DNA from: a virus
Direction: 5' to 3' (one strand)
DNA length: 64,000 bases
IMG/VR virus record: IMGVR_UViG_3300034068_000286
Location: 1 to 64,000 of that record
The position numbers and the translations under genes were made by a program. A model generated the notes under the pieces. That model made no database searches. It was not told the DNA's origin and was given only the letters and a program-made list of their open reading frames with translations. How positions within the stretch are numbered: the first letter of the stretch is position 1; each line of letters starts with the position of its first letter. This document shows positions 27,546-37,378 of this stretch, piece after piece.

Positions 27546-28049
27546 TTATTCTTCAACCTTGTTAATTGTAACACCTGCCTGCTTCAAAAAAGCAATGCCT
27601 GCTTCACTTCTATAATTATCCCGATAAAACACTTGTTTGATACCACTTTGGTATATCAGCTTGGCACATTCAATACAAGGTGCATGTGTAACAAATAGCA
27701 CAGCATTTTCTGCAGACTCTGGACTACGTGCTACCTTGGCAATAGCATTTGCTTCTGCGTGAAGTACTTCTGGTTTGGTCACAGTTTTTGCCCAACCTGC
27801 TGTATCCTTGTCTACTCCAAAAGTATAACCTTCTGCTATCATGCTGTCATGGTCTTTGGCATTAGACTCTGTAATAAACACAATATCTTCACAGTTGTTG
27901 TCCCAACCGCTGGGCATGCCGTTGTAACCAATACTGATAATCCTGTCCTCTTTTACAATAAGGGCACCAACTTGCAGGCGTCTGGCAGTACTGAGTCTAG
28001 CATAGGTGCCAGCCACTTCCATGTGTGCTTTGATGTATTTTGGTTTCAT
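27546..28049 (-). CDS. dCMP deaminase
   Basis: GYNG, HAEANAI and PCIECAK motifs. Confidence 0.93.
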   Translation of the reverse strand: MKPKYIKAHMEVAGTYARLSTARRLQVGALIVKEDRIISIGYNGMPSGWDNNCEDIVFITESNAKDHDSMIAEGYTFGVDKDTAGWAKTVTKPEVLHAEANAIAKVARSPESAENAVLFVTHAPCIECAKLIYQSGIKQVFYRDNYRSEAGIAFLKQAGVTINKVEE

Positions 28050-28083
28050 AGTATAAGTATAACATCAAAGTAGAAAGAAGTCA

Positions 28084-28677
28084 ATGAAAATAATTTTTAT
28101 TCACGGTGCCAATGCATCCAAAACATCTTGGAATTGGGTTGGTTCTCAGGTAGAAAATCATGACAGATTTGAGTGGGGCATGATGACTGATCCTGAAAAG
28201 AACCTTGAATCAATGGAAGCAAAGTTAACCGAACCTTGCTTTATTGTGGGACACAGCATGGGCGGTTTGTATGCTTGGCACTTGGCTAATCGTAATCCTG
28301 ACCTGGTGGTTGGTGGTATGAGCATTGGTACGCCGTTTGGTGGATCTATACAAGCAGGACTTTGGCAAATGTTCAACATCAATGTACCTTGGTTGCAAAT
28401 GTTAGCAAGACACGAACCATGGACTGCTCAAACAAGGTTACTTGATACACCTGTGGCCTGGACCAATGTAGTAACTACACATGGATTTGATTTGTTTGCT
28501 GTTGGTAAAAACGATGGTGTGGTCACTGTAGCAAGTCAAAGAGAATTGGGCGGTGAGCATAAAGAAATAACTCTAGACTATGGTCACAATGAAGTGCTAC
28601 AAAGTCTAGAGTTAGCGTCTACCATACTAGATGTTTCTAGTCGTTGTTTCTCCCGCCAAACAAATTTAGTAAGTTAA
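28084..28677 (+). CDS. Alpha/beta hydrolase
   Basis: FIHG, GHSMGG nucleophile elbow, TPFGG, NDGVV and H triad residues. Confidence 0.88.
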   Translation: MKIIFIHGANASKTSWNWVGSQVENHDRFEWGMMTDPEKNLESMEAKLTEPCFIVGHSMGGLYAWHLANRNPDLVVGGMSIGTPFGGSIQAGLWQMFNINVPWLQMLARHEPWTAQTRLLDTPVAWTNVVTTHGFDLFAVGKNDGVVTVASQRELGGEHKEITLDYGHNEVLQSLELASTILDVSSRCFSRQTNLVS

Positions 28678-29338
28678 GAAAGATATTGATAAAGTCCATG
28701 TAAAGTGTCAAGGCACCACGGATTTCTGCAATACCATCATTCTCTACACTAACTTCTTCTCGGATCTGTTGCGTATCATAAGCAGTCAAGCCAAGGAAGA
28801 TGATAATAGCCAATGCTGAGATTACCATTTGCATTACTGTACTGCCAATAAAGATATTAACAATGCTGGCAATAACAATAGCAATCAATCCCACAAACAT
28901 AAATTTACCTAAGCTATCTAAACTACGTTTGGTAAAGTATCCGTAGCCACTCATGACACCAAACAAGACTGCGGCAGCCATAAACGCACTTACAATACTA
29001 CCCATGGTAAAAATAGCAAAGATAGTAGCAAAGCTCAGGCCCATTAATGCCGCAAAGCCATGTAAGCATAATTGAGCTGTACTCTTAGTAGGGCTTGCAT
29101 TTAGTACAATGGTGACACCAAAGATTGCTACCAAGGGTGAAAAGATTACAATCCATTTCATCCAGCCTGTAAAAAAGAAGGCCAATAACTCTGGGCTAGA
29201 TCCTACAAAGTAACTGACAATCATTGATACAATGACAGCAAGACTCATGTGTCCATAAACACGACCCATGGCCGAATTGATTTCTTCTGCTGAACGGTAA
29301 GGCACATACTGGTTACCGGTATAAGTTGTTCCAAACAT
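28637..29338 (-). CDS. Bax inhibitor-1/YccA family membrane protein
   Basis: About seven TM segments; TAYDTQ and ALTLYMDFINIF motifs. Confidence 0.9.
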   Translation of the reverse strand: MFGTTYTGNQYVPYRSAEEINSAMGRVYGHMSLAVIVSMIVSYFVGSSPELLAFFFTGWMKWIVIFSPLVAIFGVTIVLNASPTKSTAQLCLHGFAALMGLSFATIFAIFTMGSIVSAFMAAAVLFGVMSGYGYFTKRSLDSLGKFMFVGLIAIVIASIVNIFIGSTVMQMVISALAIIIFLGLTAYDTQQIREEVSVENDGIAEIRGALTLYMDFINIFLNLLNLFGGRNND

Positions 29339-29350
29339 TGTTTTCTCCTT

Positions 29351-29683
29351 TTAAACAATAACTGATTTCTCTCTTGCATATTTAAACAAATTCGTGCCCT
29401 TCTCTCTGACCGAATCTGCTACCACTTGCGGTGAGTCTGTCCACATCTCACGCATGTTTTCATATGTATAATCTTCTTCTGTATCATATGCCCATACTTC
29501 TGGAAAGCGTTGGTGGTTGGCCTTAGCTCTCATGATCATCATGTTAACACGTTGACCAACATGGTCCTTGGGTTTCCGGCCCGACAGCACAGCCAGCATG
29601 TCATCACCTTTAAGGTCATCCCAAGGTATCAAGGTATCAACACCCAAGGTGTCAAAAAGTACAACCCATTGCTTAGCCATCAT
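29351..29683 (-). CDS. Hypothetical protein
   Basis: MIMRAKANHQRFPE motif; AGGAG SD. Confidence 0.65.
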   Translation of the reverse strand: MMAKQWVVLFDTLGVDTLIPWDDLKGDDMLAVLSGRKPKDHVGQRVNMMIMRAKANHQRFPEVWAYDTEEDYTYENMREMWTDSPQVVADSVREKGTNLFKYAREKSVIV

Positions 29684-29867
29684 TCTCTCCTGTTTCAAGA
29701 ACATGCATGGCATGTTTCATGTTATCAAAGTTTGATTCACATGCCCGCATCAAGGTTTGTCCTGAGTGTTCATCATAAACACTGACCATTGGAATACTAT
29801 CTGGTCCTTTGATTAAAAGTAACTGCCGAGAATCATAGCTGGCAATTTGAGCAACATTATAAAACAT
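29673..29867 (-). CDS. Hypothetical protein
   Basis: Overlap-coupled ORF. Confidence 0.55.
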   Translation of the reverse strand: MFYNVAQIASYDSRQLLLIKGPDSIPMVSVYDEHSGQTLMRACESNFDNMKHAMHVLETGENDG

Positions 29868-30156
29868 TAGGAGTCTCCTCTGCTTCTATAAGAATACCAC
29901 GTCGGTTGGGATAACGTATCCCAAAGTTTTTGTTTAGTTCTTCCATGGTTGTACCTTGGCATATGAATTCATCAGTTGTTGCATCATAAGCAAATATCTT
30001 ATCACCATGTTTTTCTACTCGCATGAAAAGTATTTTGTTGAGTATATTATGAACGTCTTTTTCTACTTCTCTTAAATTGCGCTCAACTTTGCGGAACCAC
30101 AGCCAAACACCAATGAGCACGGCCCAGCAAATAATAATCCAAAACCAGTCGTCCAT
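29857..30156 (-). CDS. Hypothetical membrane-anchored protein
   Basis: N-terminal TM segment; FICQG motif. Confidence 0.65.
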   Translation of the reverse strand: MDDWFWIIICWAVLIGVWLWFRKVERNLREVEKDVHNILNKILFMRVEKHGDKIFAYDATTDEFICQGTTMEELNKNFGIRYPNRRGILIEAEETPNVL

Positions 30157-30431
30157 TATACAGCCCGCACACTGATCACATTGTCAACACGGAAGCTACG
30201 CCATTGTTGTTTGTCTGTACAAAACACACTCATAACTTCTAGCTTGGGTTCTTTCTTTTTCTTACCTTCAACTATTTCCACATGCGGTAGCAATGCAGTT
30301 TGCAAAGTACAAGGCATAGTACGAACCTCACCATCCACCTTGGTAAAGGTAACTTCTACAATACCAGTGTTAAGTTGTTCACTGAGAACTAGTCTACGCT
30401 GTTCTAGTGTTTCTTTATCAAATTGAATCAT
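30156..30431 (-). CDS. SH3/WYL-like beta-barrel protein (DUF2693-like)
   Basis: VTFTKVDGEVRTMPCTL...QQWRSFR. Confidence 0.75.
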   Translation of the reverse strand: MIQFDKETLEQRRLVLSEQLNTGIVEVTFTKVDGEVRTMPCTLQTALLPHVEIVEGKKKKEPKLEVMSVFCTDKQQWRSFRVDNVISVRAV

Positions 30432-30444
30432 TCCGGTTACCTTA

Positions 30445-30912
30445 TCAATTAAATTTAAAATCAGTTGAGTCAAAAATATCTAAGGCTTTGTCTCTTCCAA
30501 ACTTTTCCATTACTCTAATGCTACACCAGGCTCCTGCAAGGTGTTCTGTCGGTGCGCCCAATGGACATATACCACTACTTGATGCGCTATATGACTTGCC
30601 AGCATTATCAACCTCAATGTCTAAATTTTCAATAATGTCATTAATCATGTTTTCTAAATCATTGAATTTAATTTTGAACAGTTCTCGTTGACCATAATTT
30701 CCTATAGCGCAATATTCCAGCTTCCTTTTAAGAGTATCTTCGAGAGTTTTGATATCTCTACCTCTGCCAAAATATACTTTGTCAAGCTCAAATCGTTTAG
30801 CTAAAAATCGTTGCCGCAATCTTACAGCTGAATATGGTGTTATGGAAATTCCTATTTTCCATACATCTGCCTGTCCAGATAACTCTTTATGAATATAAAA
30901 AAAGTTAGACAT
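30445..30912 (-). CDS. GIY-YIG/T5orf172-like protein
   Basis: FFYI...WKIGIS...R...RELF pattern. Confidence 0.5.
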   Translation of the reverse strand: MSNFFYIHKELSGQADVWKIGISITPYSAVRLRQRFLAKRFELDKVYFGRGRDIKTLEDTLKRKLEYCAIGNYGQRELFKIKFNDLENMINDIIENLDIEVDNAGKSYSASSSGICPLGAPTEHLAGAWCSIRVMEKFGRDKALDIFDSTDFKFN

Positions 30913-31231
30913 TTTGTTCCTTTACAATATTATATAATACATCAAATTCTTTTTTGGCTTCTGCTAGGTTTGGATACTTGGCGCAAAGTTCTTTGATGGC
31001 AAGTTCTTCGGCTTTCATGTTTTCAAACCAAATAATCATCTCTCGTAGCTTGGGTCCAACATTGATGTTGGCTGACCCCTGTGGCACAGACTGTGCGTTT
31101 CCATTTACATCAATAATTTTATATTGACGAGTGTTGGCGTCCCAATAAAATGCGCCACTTGTGTATGCCCCGTTGTTGAAAGACGATACTTCAAGGATGC
31201 TTGGATCTGAACTTATAATGTAATCAATCAT
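30905..31231 (-). CDS. Hypothetical protein
   Basis: Overlap-coupled ORF. Confidence 0.65.
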   Translation of the reverse strand: MIDYIISSDPSILEVSSFNNGAYTSGAFYWDANTRQYKIIDVNGNAQSVPQGSANINVGPKLREMIIWFENMKAEELAIKELCAKYPNLAEAKKEFDVLYNIVKEQNV

Positions 31232-31539
31232 CGTATTTGAGTTAGTTTAAAATGTCTTTCATCGATAAGGCTTTTAACAAACTCTAGTAGTTGCTCAGCT
31301 GTCCACCCATTGTCAAGCCATTCAGTTTCCCACTCGTCTATTTTCCAAAGCATCTCTTTATTTTGAATTTTGATAATGTTTTCTAGTCGCTCAACATGTG
31401 TACGTGCCCCTTTAAACAAATACGCAAATTGTGCTACATCTCCCCATGCGCCAGTGTAATCTTTTTCTCGTCGATTATAATCGCTTGTGATACCAAATCC
31501 AGTTCTAAACGGCCCAGGCAAAATGTAGAAGTAACTCAT
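31228..31539 (-). CDS. GIY-YIG-like small protein
   Basis: YFYI...GFGITSDYNRR...TEWL pattern. Confidence 0.45.
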   Translation of the reverse strand: MSYFYILPGPFRTGFGITSDYNRREKDYTGAWGDVAQFAYLFKGARTHVERLENIIKIQNKEMLWKIDEWETEWLDNGWTAEQLLEFVKSLIDERHFKLTQIR

Positions 31540-32675
31540 ACAGCTTCTACTTCTTCATATAATGCTTTAATTTCATCGTCAAGGAAGTCAATGATCTTTT
31601 CAAAACGATCTAATAAATGTTTTGGAATACGTTGAGTACCACCAAGACGCTGATATAACAGCATCAACACAGAGGCAATAGCTTCATCTTGCCAAGGAAA
31701 CTCTTCATATCCATAATAGTATTTGCCCCATTTTTTATGAGCACTGTGTACCGCCTTATGAAAGCCAGCAAGTCCCATAAAGTAGCCTTGCAATATGCCA
31801 GCAAGTTCACTTAGAAACTCTTCTGTGATTTTAATATTTGCCGCTTTAAATGCCTTAAAAAGATCTTCAATGATAAACCATAACGAGCCGTTAATTTCGT
31901 CGAAATGAAAATATGTGTCATGAAACTTACAGGCCATTTCTAAGATATCATCGTCAAGATTCAATGCCTGCATGTGAGTAAATGTACCCGGCTTGCCAAT
32001 GAGGCTATCATGTTCTTTATCCACTGGATAGCAATTATATTTTTCACATATAGATTGCTTACGTTCTGCCTCAATGTCATCTTCGTCTGTGCTATTATCA
32101 ATGCGAACACTCATTACCTTGGTACGATGGTCATACCAAGCACTTATTTTCTTTTTGCCTTTGCCGTTAATAAGGGCAAATGCCTTGCGGGCAAATGCCT
32201 TATTATTAGTTTCCATGTAGAGCACCGGCATCTCAACCTCTTGCCAATCTGTTTCACCAGTAAACACACCAGCATCAATTAGTGCCGCAACCAGCGTGGC
32301 AGTATGTTGGGCATCAACAGAATGGTATTCCTCTTTGCCAGGTACTTTAACACAATAAAATACCTGAAGGTACATTGGATTAAATGTACCAATGGAAGCA
32401 ATATTTGTACAATGCTTTGCATCTAATGCTCGCTGAATATCCTCGTCAATGAATAAGAACTTTAGTTTAACCATCTTGATCAATGGACGTAGATTGGGAT
32501 TAATCTGAATCCCTTGCTTTTGATACTCAGCAATTAACTTTTGCCAACCTTTATAGTTTTGTAATTCTTTAACACGGTCAATTAAGGCAACTATACGACT
32601 ACTCTTTTGCTTCAATGGGTTTAAATTTTTCATGACGTTGGGCTTACGCACAACATCTTCATAAACTGGAATCAT
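31536..32675 (-). CDS. ParB/DGQHR-superfamily-like protein
   Basis: IDEDIQRALD...VDAQHT...F.LIN resembles the QR...DGQH motif set. Confidence 0.5.
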   Translation of the reverse strand: MIPVYEDVVRKPNVMKNLNPLKQKSSRIVALIDRVKELQNYKGWQKLIAEYQKQGIQINPNLRPLIKMVKLKFLFIDEDIQRALDAKHCTNIASIGTFNPMYLQVFYCVKVPGKEEYHSVDAQHTATLVAALIDAGVFTGETDWQEVEMPVLYMETNNKAFARKAFALINGKGKKKISAWYDHRTKVMSVRIDNSTDEDDIEAERKQSICEKYNCYPVDKEHDSLIGKPGTFTHMQALNLDDDILEMACKFHDTYFHFDEINGSLWFIIEDLFKAFKAANIKITEEFLSELAGILQGYFMGLAGFHKAVHSAHKKWGKYYYGYEEFPWQDEAIASVLMLLYQRLGGTQRIPKHLLDRFEKIIDFLDDEIKALYEEVEAV

Positions 32676-32725
32676 ATATTTCTTTCTAAAGATTGTATTG
32701 TATACTATTTTAGGTTAACTGTCAA

Positions 32726-33163
32726 TCACCAACTTGCTCGGTAGTAAAAGTCCCATCCGGTCCATTCTTTAGACAAGATGTCCTCTAAGCGTTCTTTGGT
32801 CTGAACCAAGTCTTCCCAGTACCAGTCATCTACATCCTTGCTACCAAAGAAGAAACCCGATGCTGGTGGAAGTAGTAACAAGGCCTTTGAACGTTCAACT
32901 AGGACCTCATCAATAACTGCCAACAGGGCTTCCAAGTGTTTGCGTTCAACCCAGGACTCTTGGCACTCGTCTGCACCATCTTGTACGTTATCCACAAACC
33001 ACTTATGGATTGCATTTGACTTGCGCCAGTACATGAGTTCTGCTGTGATTTCTTTAACACGTGCAGATCCAAGTTCGGGGAATACCTCACCTACCTGGTC
33101 GGCCAGTTTATCTTCGGTTTGCCAAAGAAACCGTTTGGCATTCAAGTACATGTCCAAGCCCAT
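32726..33163 (-). CDS. Hypothetical phage protein (MGLDMYL...YWRKSNAIHKWF...YYRASW)
   Basis: Recognisable conserved phage motif pattern. Confidence 0.75.
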   Translation of the reverse strand: MGLDMYLNAKRFLWQTEDKLADQVGEVFPELGSARVKEITAELMYWRKSNAIHKWFVDNVQDGADECQESWVERKHLEALLAVIDEVLVERSKALLLLPPASGFFFGSKDVDDWYWEDLVQTKERLEDILSKEWTGWDFYYRASW

Positions 33164-33164
33164 T

Positions 33165-33992
33165 TCATGCACCTGCATAAGGACTGTAAACTTCTTCATC
33201 TGCGGTAACTTCAGCACGACCAAACCAAGAGTTCACTGCGGCTGTTAGTGCAGAAAAATCATAATGTACTGCCTTGGGGCGAATTACTTCACGGTTATCG
33301 TGTGCATTGTTTTTTTCGCGATTAGTAAGTGTTGACATTGTGTTTCCTTAAAGTGATTTAATATGATTGATAACTTGGTTTGCTTCTGCGTAACCAGAAT
33401 CTTCTAGCATTTGATCTTCATTAATCTCTGCTATCATTTTCCTGGCTATCATTTCTAGGTCTCTTGCTGTCAACTGACCATTCAGTTTGTAAGCTTGTAC
33501 CCAACGAATCTTATAACCTTTGAGTGGATCGTTTTCTTCCATTAGGCCGCCTCCGGTTGTTCCATCAGTTGCTCGTTGCGTTTTTGTGCAAGCCCTGCAA
33601 TACTTGCAATGGCTCGGAAAATTTCAGCTTCTTGTTTTAGTGTAAGCTCTTCAGATTTAAGACGAGCAACACCAAATTCAATACGCTCAATCAGTTCACT
33701 GTTTGAGATATTCATTTTGCAGTCTCACCTGATTCTGTAGCAAGAGCCTGAACAAAGCGAGCTAGAATACTTTGAGTGTCTTCCATTTGATCTAAAGGAT
33801 CACGGTCTAGAATTTCTGCAAACTTGACGATAAGATTGTCCACGTTTGAGTTCATGCATCTACTCCTTGACTTTCAATCCAACCCAATACAATTTCAATT
33901 GGGCACTCTAGTTCTGTTGCAATTTGTTTTGGGTTCAAGCCATCAATGTATAATTGCTCAATGTCCCATGCCAGGTCCTTCATTGCACTCAT
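33165..33992 (-). CDS. Cluster of five small early ORFs (33165-33338, 33348-33542, 33542-33715, 33712-33855, 33852-33992)
   Basis: Read by hand; ATGA/TAATG coupling and GGAG SDs. Confidence 0.6.
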
Positions 33993-34465
33993 GCTGTCAC
34001 CTCTTCTGCGGCAATTGCCTCGGTTAATACTGTTAATTTTTTAGCTAGCGAATGGCCAACTTCGTAAGTTGTTCCGCAATACCAAACACCATCTTTCATG
34101 ATGTAATAATACTCAGCGGCACAGTTGTCACATTGTTCCAGGAACTCTTCAAAAGTGTGTGCTACTTTAAAGTCTGTACCTGTCTCACCACGGTCACGTC
34201 CGTAAAAGGTACACATGTTGGCTGTAGTGGCTTTGAAGGCTTCAACTTCATCTTTGGGCAAGTCGTGATAGCTAAAGGCATGTGCTTCGCCAATCTCTGC
34301 TCGCAAGGTTGACAAGTCACCTAGTGCCACTAAGTTGTTGGCTTTAGCAGAGTCAAAATGTTCTTGCAAGATTTTACCATTGTGAGCCAAATAGCCGTCC
34401 CAATGACAGTAAACACTTTTGACTTTGTCACCGTGCATGACACCAATTCTTGAACGTGTACTCAT
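33989..34465 (-). CDS. Hypothetical early protein (MSTRSRIG...YCHWDGY family)
   Basis: Conserved phage motif; AGGAG SD; strong promoter upstream. Confidence 0.8.
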   Translation of the reverse strand: MSTRSRIGVMHGDKVKSVYCHWDGYLAHNGKILQEHFDSAKANNLVALGDLSTLRAEIGEAHAFSYHDLPKDEVEAFKATTANMCTFYGRDRGETGTDFKVAHTFEEFLEQCDNCAAEYYYIMKDGVWYCGTTYEVGHSLAKKLTVLTEAIAAEEVTA

Positions 34466-34497
34466 TTTAAACTCCTGTTTTGTTTGTGTATGTATGT

Positions 34498-34561
34498 ATT
34501 ATAACACTGAACCAATAACCCGTCAACCGAACGGGCTATTGAGTGTTGTTTTTAAGCAACA
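34498..34561 (-). promoter_or_regulatory. Early sigma70 promoter plus upstream 18-bp palindrome
   Basis: TTGACG-17-TATAAT; TGTTGTTTTTAAGCAACA at 34544-34561. Confidence 0.8.
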
Positions 34562-34575
34562 AACTGAGATTAGAA

Positions 34576-34803
34576 TCAGCCTTGGAATGCTGGCAAAATG
34601 CCTTTTGGCAATTCAGTAGCCAACCATGCATGAGCATCTTCCTTGGGCATTGGTTGGGGCAAGTTATAAAGAGTAACTCCAGTATTGCCAGTCTTCAAAA
34701 GGACTTTGCCGCGCAATTCTGCCTTGCCTGCTGAAACTCGAACGCGATGTTTGCCGCCACGAGTTGAGTGTCCAACTACTGTAAAAAGCTTTGATGTTTT
34801 CAT
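34576..34803 (-). CDS. Hypothetical early protein
   Basis: Own promoter; LPQPMPKEDA motif. Confidence 0.7.
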   Translation of the reverse strand: MKTSKLFTVVGHSTRGGKHRVRVSAGKAELRGKVLLKTGNTGVTLYNLPQPMPKEDAHAWLATELPKGILPAFQG

Positions 34804-34835
34804 AATAAATTCCTAGTTTGTTTGTGTATGTATGT

Positions 34836-34909
34836 ATTATACTGCTCTTTTGGGTTCTGGACAACCAATAACCCTGAAAACTGTATGGTTTTGTTGTTTT
34901 TAAGCAACA
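34836..34909 (-). promoter_or_regulatory. Early sigma70 promoter plus upstream 18-bp palindrome
   Basis: TTGTCC-17-TATAAT; TGTTGTTTTTAAGCAACA at 34892-34909. Confidence 0.75.
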
Positions 34910-35193
34910 ACTTCTAGCATGTTAGCAGGCACTCTCCACAAGCCGCTGGTGTAAGAACCAGGGTTGTTGTCGCGAACTGTGACATACTTGATGGCAATCT
35001 TTTCAACTGTACCAACAATGGTCACACCACGTTTGGTGCTACTGAACTTGACCTTGGAGCCCAGAGTCAGACTACGTTTGGTCTGGTCTGTCAATTGTGA
35101 CCGAGCAAATTTGATAGCATCAATGATGCTGGACAATTCGGTGTTGTTGAGATTGCCAGTGATAATGGCACGGTTGATTTCATGAACAGTCAT
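34900..35193 (-). CDS. Hypothetical early protein (SH3-like C-terminus)
   Basis: GTVEKIAIKYVTV...WRVPANML; AGGAG SD. Confidence 0.7.
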   Translation of the reverse strand: MTVHEINRAIITGNLNNTELSSIIDAIKFARSQLTDQTKRSLTLGSKVKFSSTKRGVTIVGTVEKIAIKYVTVRDNNPGSYTSGLWRVPANMLEVVA

Positions 35194-35208
35194 TTGAGTC
35201 TCCTTGAA

Positions 35209-35466
35209 TTAACAGTAAAAATCTTCACCGCGATCGTAAGCACCAATCGCTTCGTAAACAACTTCGCGAACAGCGGTGTCCATTGCTTCACCAAACTTTT
35301 CGTAATCACTATCAGCCAAGTCACGCAGGTTTTGTTGAACCAGGCTCCAAGGGCTTTTGCGATAAGTGTGATACTCGATAATGCCTGCAACAGCTTGATC
35401 GCCTGCTTCGCTGAACATACCAAAACTTTGAACTACTTGCATACCCAACTCCTTTTTGCTTAACAT
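35209..35466 (-). CDS. Hypothetical early protein
   Basis: FGMFSEAGD...EAMDTAVRE. Confidence 0.65.
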   Translation of the reverse strand: MLSKKELGMQVVQSFGMFSEAGDQAVAGIIEYHTYRKSPWSLVQQNLRDLADSDYEKFGEAMDTAVREVVYEAIGAYDRGEDFYC

Positions 35467-35472
35467 GTATTG

Positions 35473-35501
35473 ATTATAAGCGGTTTTTGAGTTTTGGTCA
35501 A
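35473..35501 (-). promoter_or_regulatory. Early sigma70 promoter
   Basis: TTGACC-17-TATAAT. Confidence 0.75.
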
Positions 35502-35511
35502 CCGTTTTCGT

Positions 35512-35540
35512 AAAAAACCCTACTTAAAGTAGGGCTTTTT
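35512..35540. terminator. Intrinsic terminator-like hairpin
   Basis: CCCTAC-TTAAA-GTAGGG flanked by A and T tracts. Confidence 0.6.
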
Positions 35541-35544
35541 GGGG

Positions 35545-35832
35545 CTATTTTGTGGCTTTTTTGCGACTTTGTAAGTCATTGATTTTTAACACTTTTTTGT
35601 ACCCAGTTTTTCGTGGTTTTTTCACGTTAAATTCCAAATCTGTGTAATATTTTAGCATTTTCTTGCTCATATTATGAACCACATCCATACTGTCGTCGTC
35701 AATGACCCATTGGTAAGGACACAATTTCCAAGTCTTGGTAACTGAAAATTTATAGTATAAACTACGATGCTCTGCGTCTGTGGCATCAAATATTCTTAAT
35801 GGTCGTTGCCCTAAAATAAAAGATTTTAACAT
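35545..35832 (-). CDS. Hypothetical protein
   Basis: 95-aa ORF. Confidence 0.6.
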   Translation of the reverse strand: MLKSFILGQRPLRIFDATDAEHRSLYYKFSVTKTWKLCPYQWVIDDDSMDVVHNMSKKMLKYYTDLEFNVKKPRKTGYKKVLKINDLQSRKKATK

Positions 35833-35836
35833 AGGC

Positions 35837-36037
35837 TTACCCTCCGTTGATGGCTTTTATCTTTTCACGTTTCTCATTGTCATCCCTGCACTCGGGACTA
35901 CAGAAAGTGAACTCTGTTGGTACTTCACATTCGATACAGAATCCTGTTCGGACCGGTACAAATGGTTTTGCGGTTGCACGTCGAAACTCTTCGGCTGCCT
36001 CCATTGCTTCTTGTGCGTCATCAATTATATCTGCCAT
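35837..36037 (-). CDS. DUF2116/TraR-like zinc-ribbon protein
   Basis: MADIIDDAQE...TGFCIEC...FCSPECRDD. Confidence 0.65.
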   Translation of the reverse strand: MADIIDDAQEAMEAAEEFRRATAKPFVPVRTGFCIECEVPTEFTFCSPECRDDNEKREKIKAINGG

Positions 36038-36055
36038 TATCTTAGTTTCCTTTTT

Positions 36056-36322
36056 TTAACTTCCATTACTTAGTACCCACATAAAAATGTCAGGTCCTTC
36101 AAGTATTACCATTTCATTTGCGTACTTCAAGCATTTGAATCTATATTTACGATCAATAACTATAATCTCTACCATCTTGGGAGTAAAACGTTGAATCTGT
36201 GCAACATGTAAGCTTCCATCACTCACTGCCACATACTGACCTTCTTTAAGAGTGCGACCAAGCAAGTCTAGATGACAGCCATTGGTTGGTACACTTTTAA
36301 TTGGTCGCCTGGTCTGCAACAT
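36056..36322 (-). CDS. Hypothetical protein
   Basis: DLLGRTLKEGQYVA...FTPKMV pattern. Confidence 0.6.
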   Translation of the reverse strand: MLQTRRPIKSVPTNGCHLDLLGRTLKEGQYVAVSDGSLHVAQIQRFTPKMVEIIVIDRKYRFKCLKYANEMVILEGPDIFMWVLSNGS

Positions 36323-36323
36323 T

Positions 36324-36587
36324 TTATTCCCACTGACCCAGTTTATGATCCCAATGTCTAGCATCATAAATTTGAAATTCAATTTCTAAACCCAACGCAC
36401 CTAATCTAAATTTGCCTCCGGCATGATCTCGCTTGACAGAAAAATCAAGTGCAATCAGAAAAATAGTATTTGTACGATATACATTCAACTCCCATGACTT
36501 AACTTTGGTAAGCCGTCCATGCTTAATAAAAAGTCCTGAAAACTTTCTACTAAAGGGATTGACGATTTCAAATATAAAATTTATCAT
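36324..36587 (-). CDS. Hypothetical protein
   Basis: RDHAG...YDARHWD. Confidence 0.65.
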   Translation of the reverse strand: MINFIFEIVNPFSRKFSGLFIKHGRLTKVKSWELNVYRTNTIFLIALDFSVKRDHAGGKFRLGALGLEIEFQIYDARHWDHKLGQWE

Positions 36588-36649
36588 GTAGTAAATGTAC
36601 CTGGTGTGCGTGTATTGTACACGAATACATTTACTATGTCAAGTCTTTT

Positions 36650-37378
36650 TTAATCTATTTTAATGATCCAGGCATCCGTCAGTTGATTGTTAAGGTAGTT
36701 GAATGGAATCCAAAGATGTCCACGTTCTCCCCAACTACTACCAAAACTATTACGGGCCAGGATCAGCCTCCGTTTCAAGTCGTATCCTACAAATAGGACA
36801 GCGTGAGCACCAAATGGTTCTTCGTTTGGTTCAGGTAATTTGAGTATTGGATCACTTGGACTTATTTCTTCAAATGCTTTGAACACTCGAATGCTAGCTA
36901 TAACTGGATTTCCTGCATTTAGCGCATCTGTTATATCATTGACACCAGTTAGTCGATAATAGTTTTCAACGGTGGAGTTTAATGCATCTACATAACATTC
37001 ATCAGTGGGGCGAACATTAAACTTTGAAATGTCATACGGCCATAATTCTTCTGTACAAATACCATACTGCTTTGCGGCTTTTAGGGCATCGCGTGGGTAA
37101 GCACCAATATCTTCATTGATGGTTCCATCTTGTAATCGTGTGTTATAATACAAAAACAATGGACTCAAATCTACGTATGACTCTGGATAGTCTCTTTTTA
37201 CAATTAACTCATATGCCCCGACTATGGCTTGACTTGCACAGCTTCCTAAATTGTATTGCTGTTCAACATCGCTGGCCATTGGTCGGAGGTCAACACTTTC
37301 GCGTATTGGCTTACGAGTAAGGTTATAATATAGGTCTCGCCAATCTGTTTTATCTATGGCAAGATTATATTTTAACAT
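36650..37378 (-). CDS. Papain-like cysteine protease (C1A)
   Basis: Q..LGSC catalytic Cys, AHAV His, RNSFGSSWG Asn. Confidence 0.9.
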   Translation of the reverse strand: MLKYNLAIDKTDWRDLYYNLTRKPIRESVDLRPMASDVEQQYNLGSCASQAIVGAYELIVKRDYPESYVDLSPLFLYYNTRLQDGTINEDIGAYPRDALKAAKQYGICTEELWPYDISKFNVRPTDECYVDALNSTVENYYRLTGVNDITDALNAGNPVIASIRVFKAFEEISPSDPILKLPEPNEEPFGAHAVLFVGYDLKRRLILARNSFGSSWGERGHLWIPFNYLNNQLTDAWIIKID

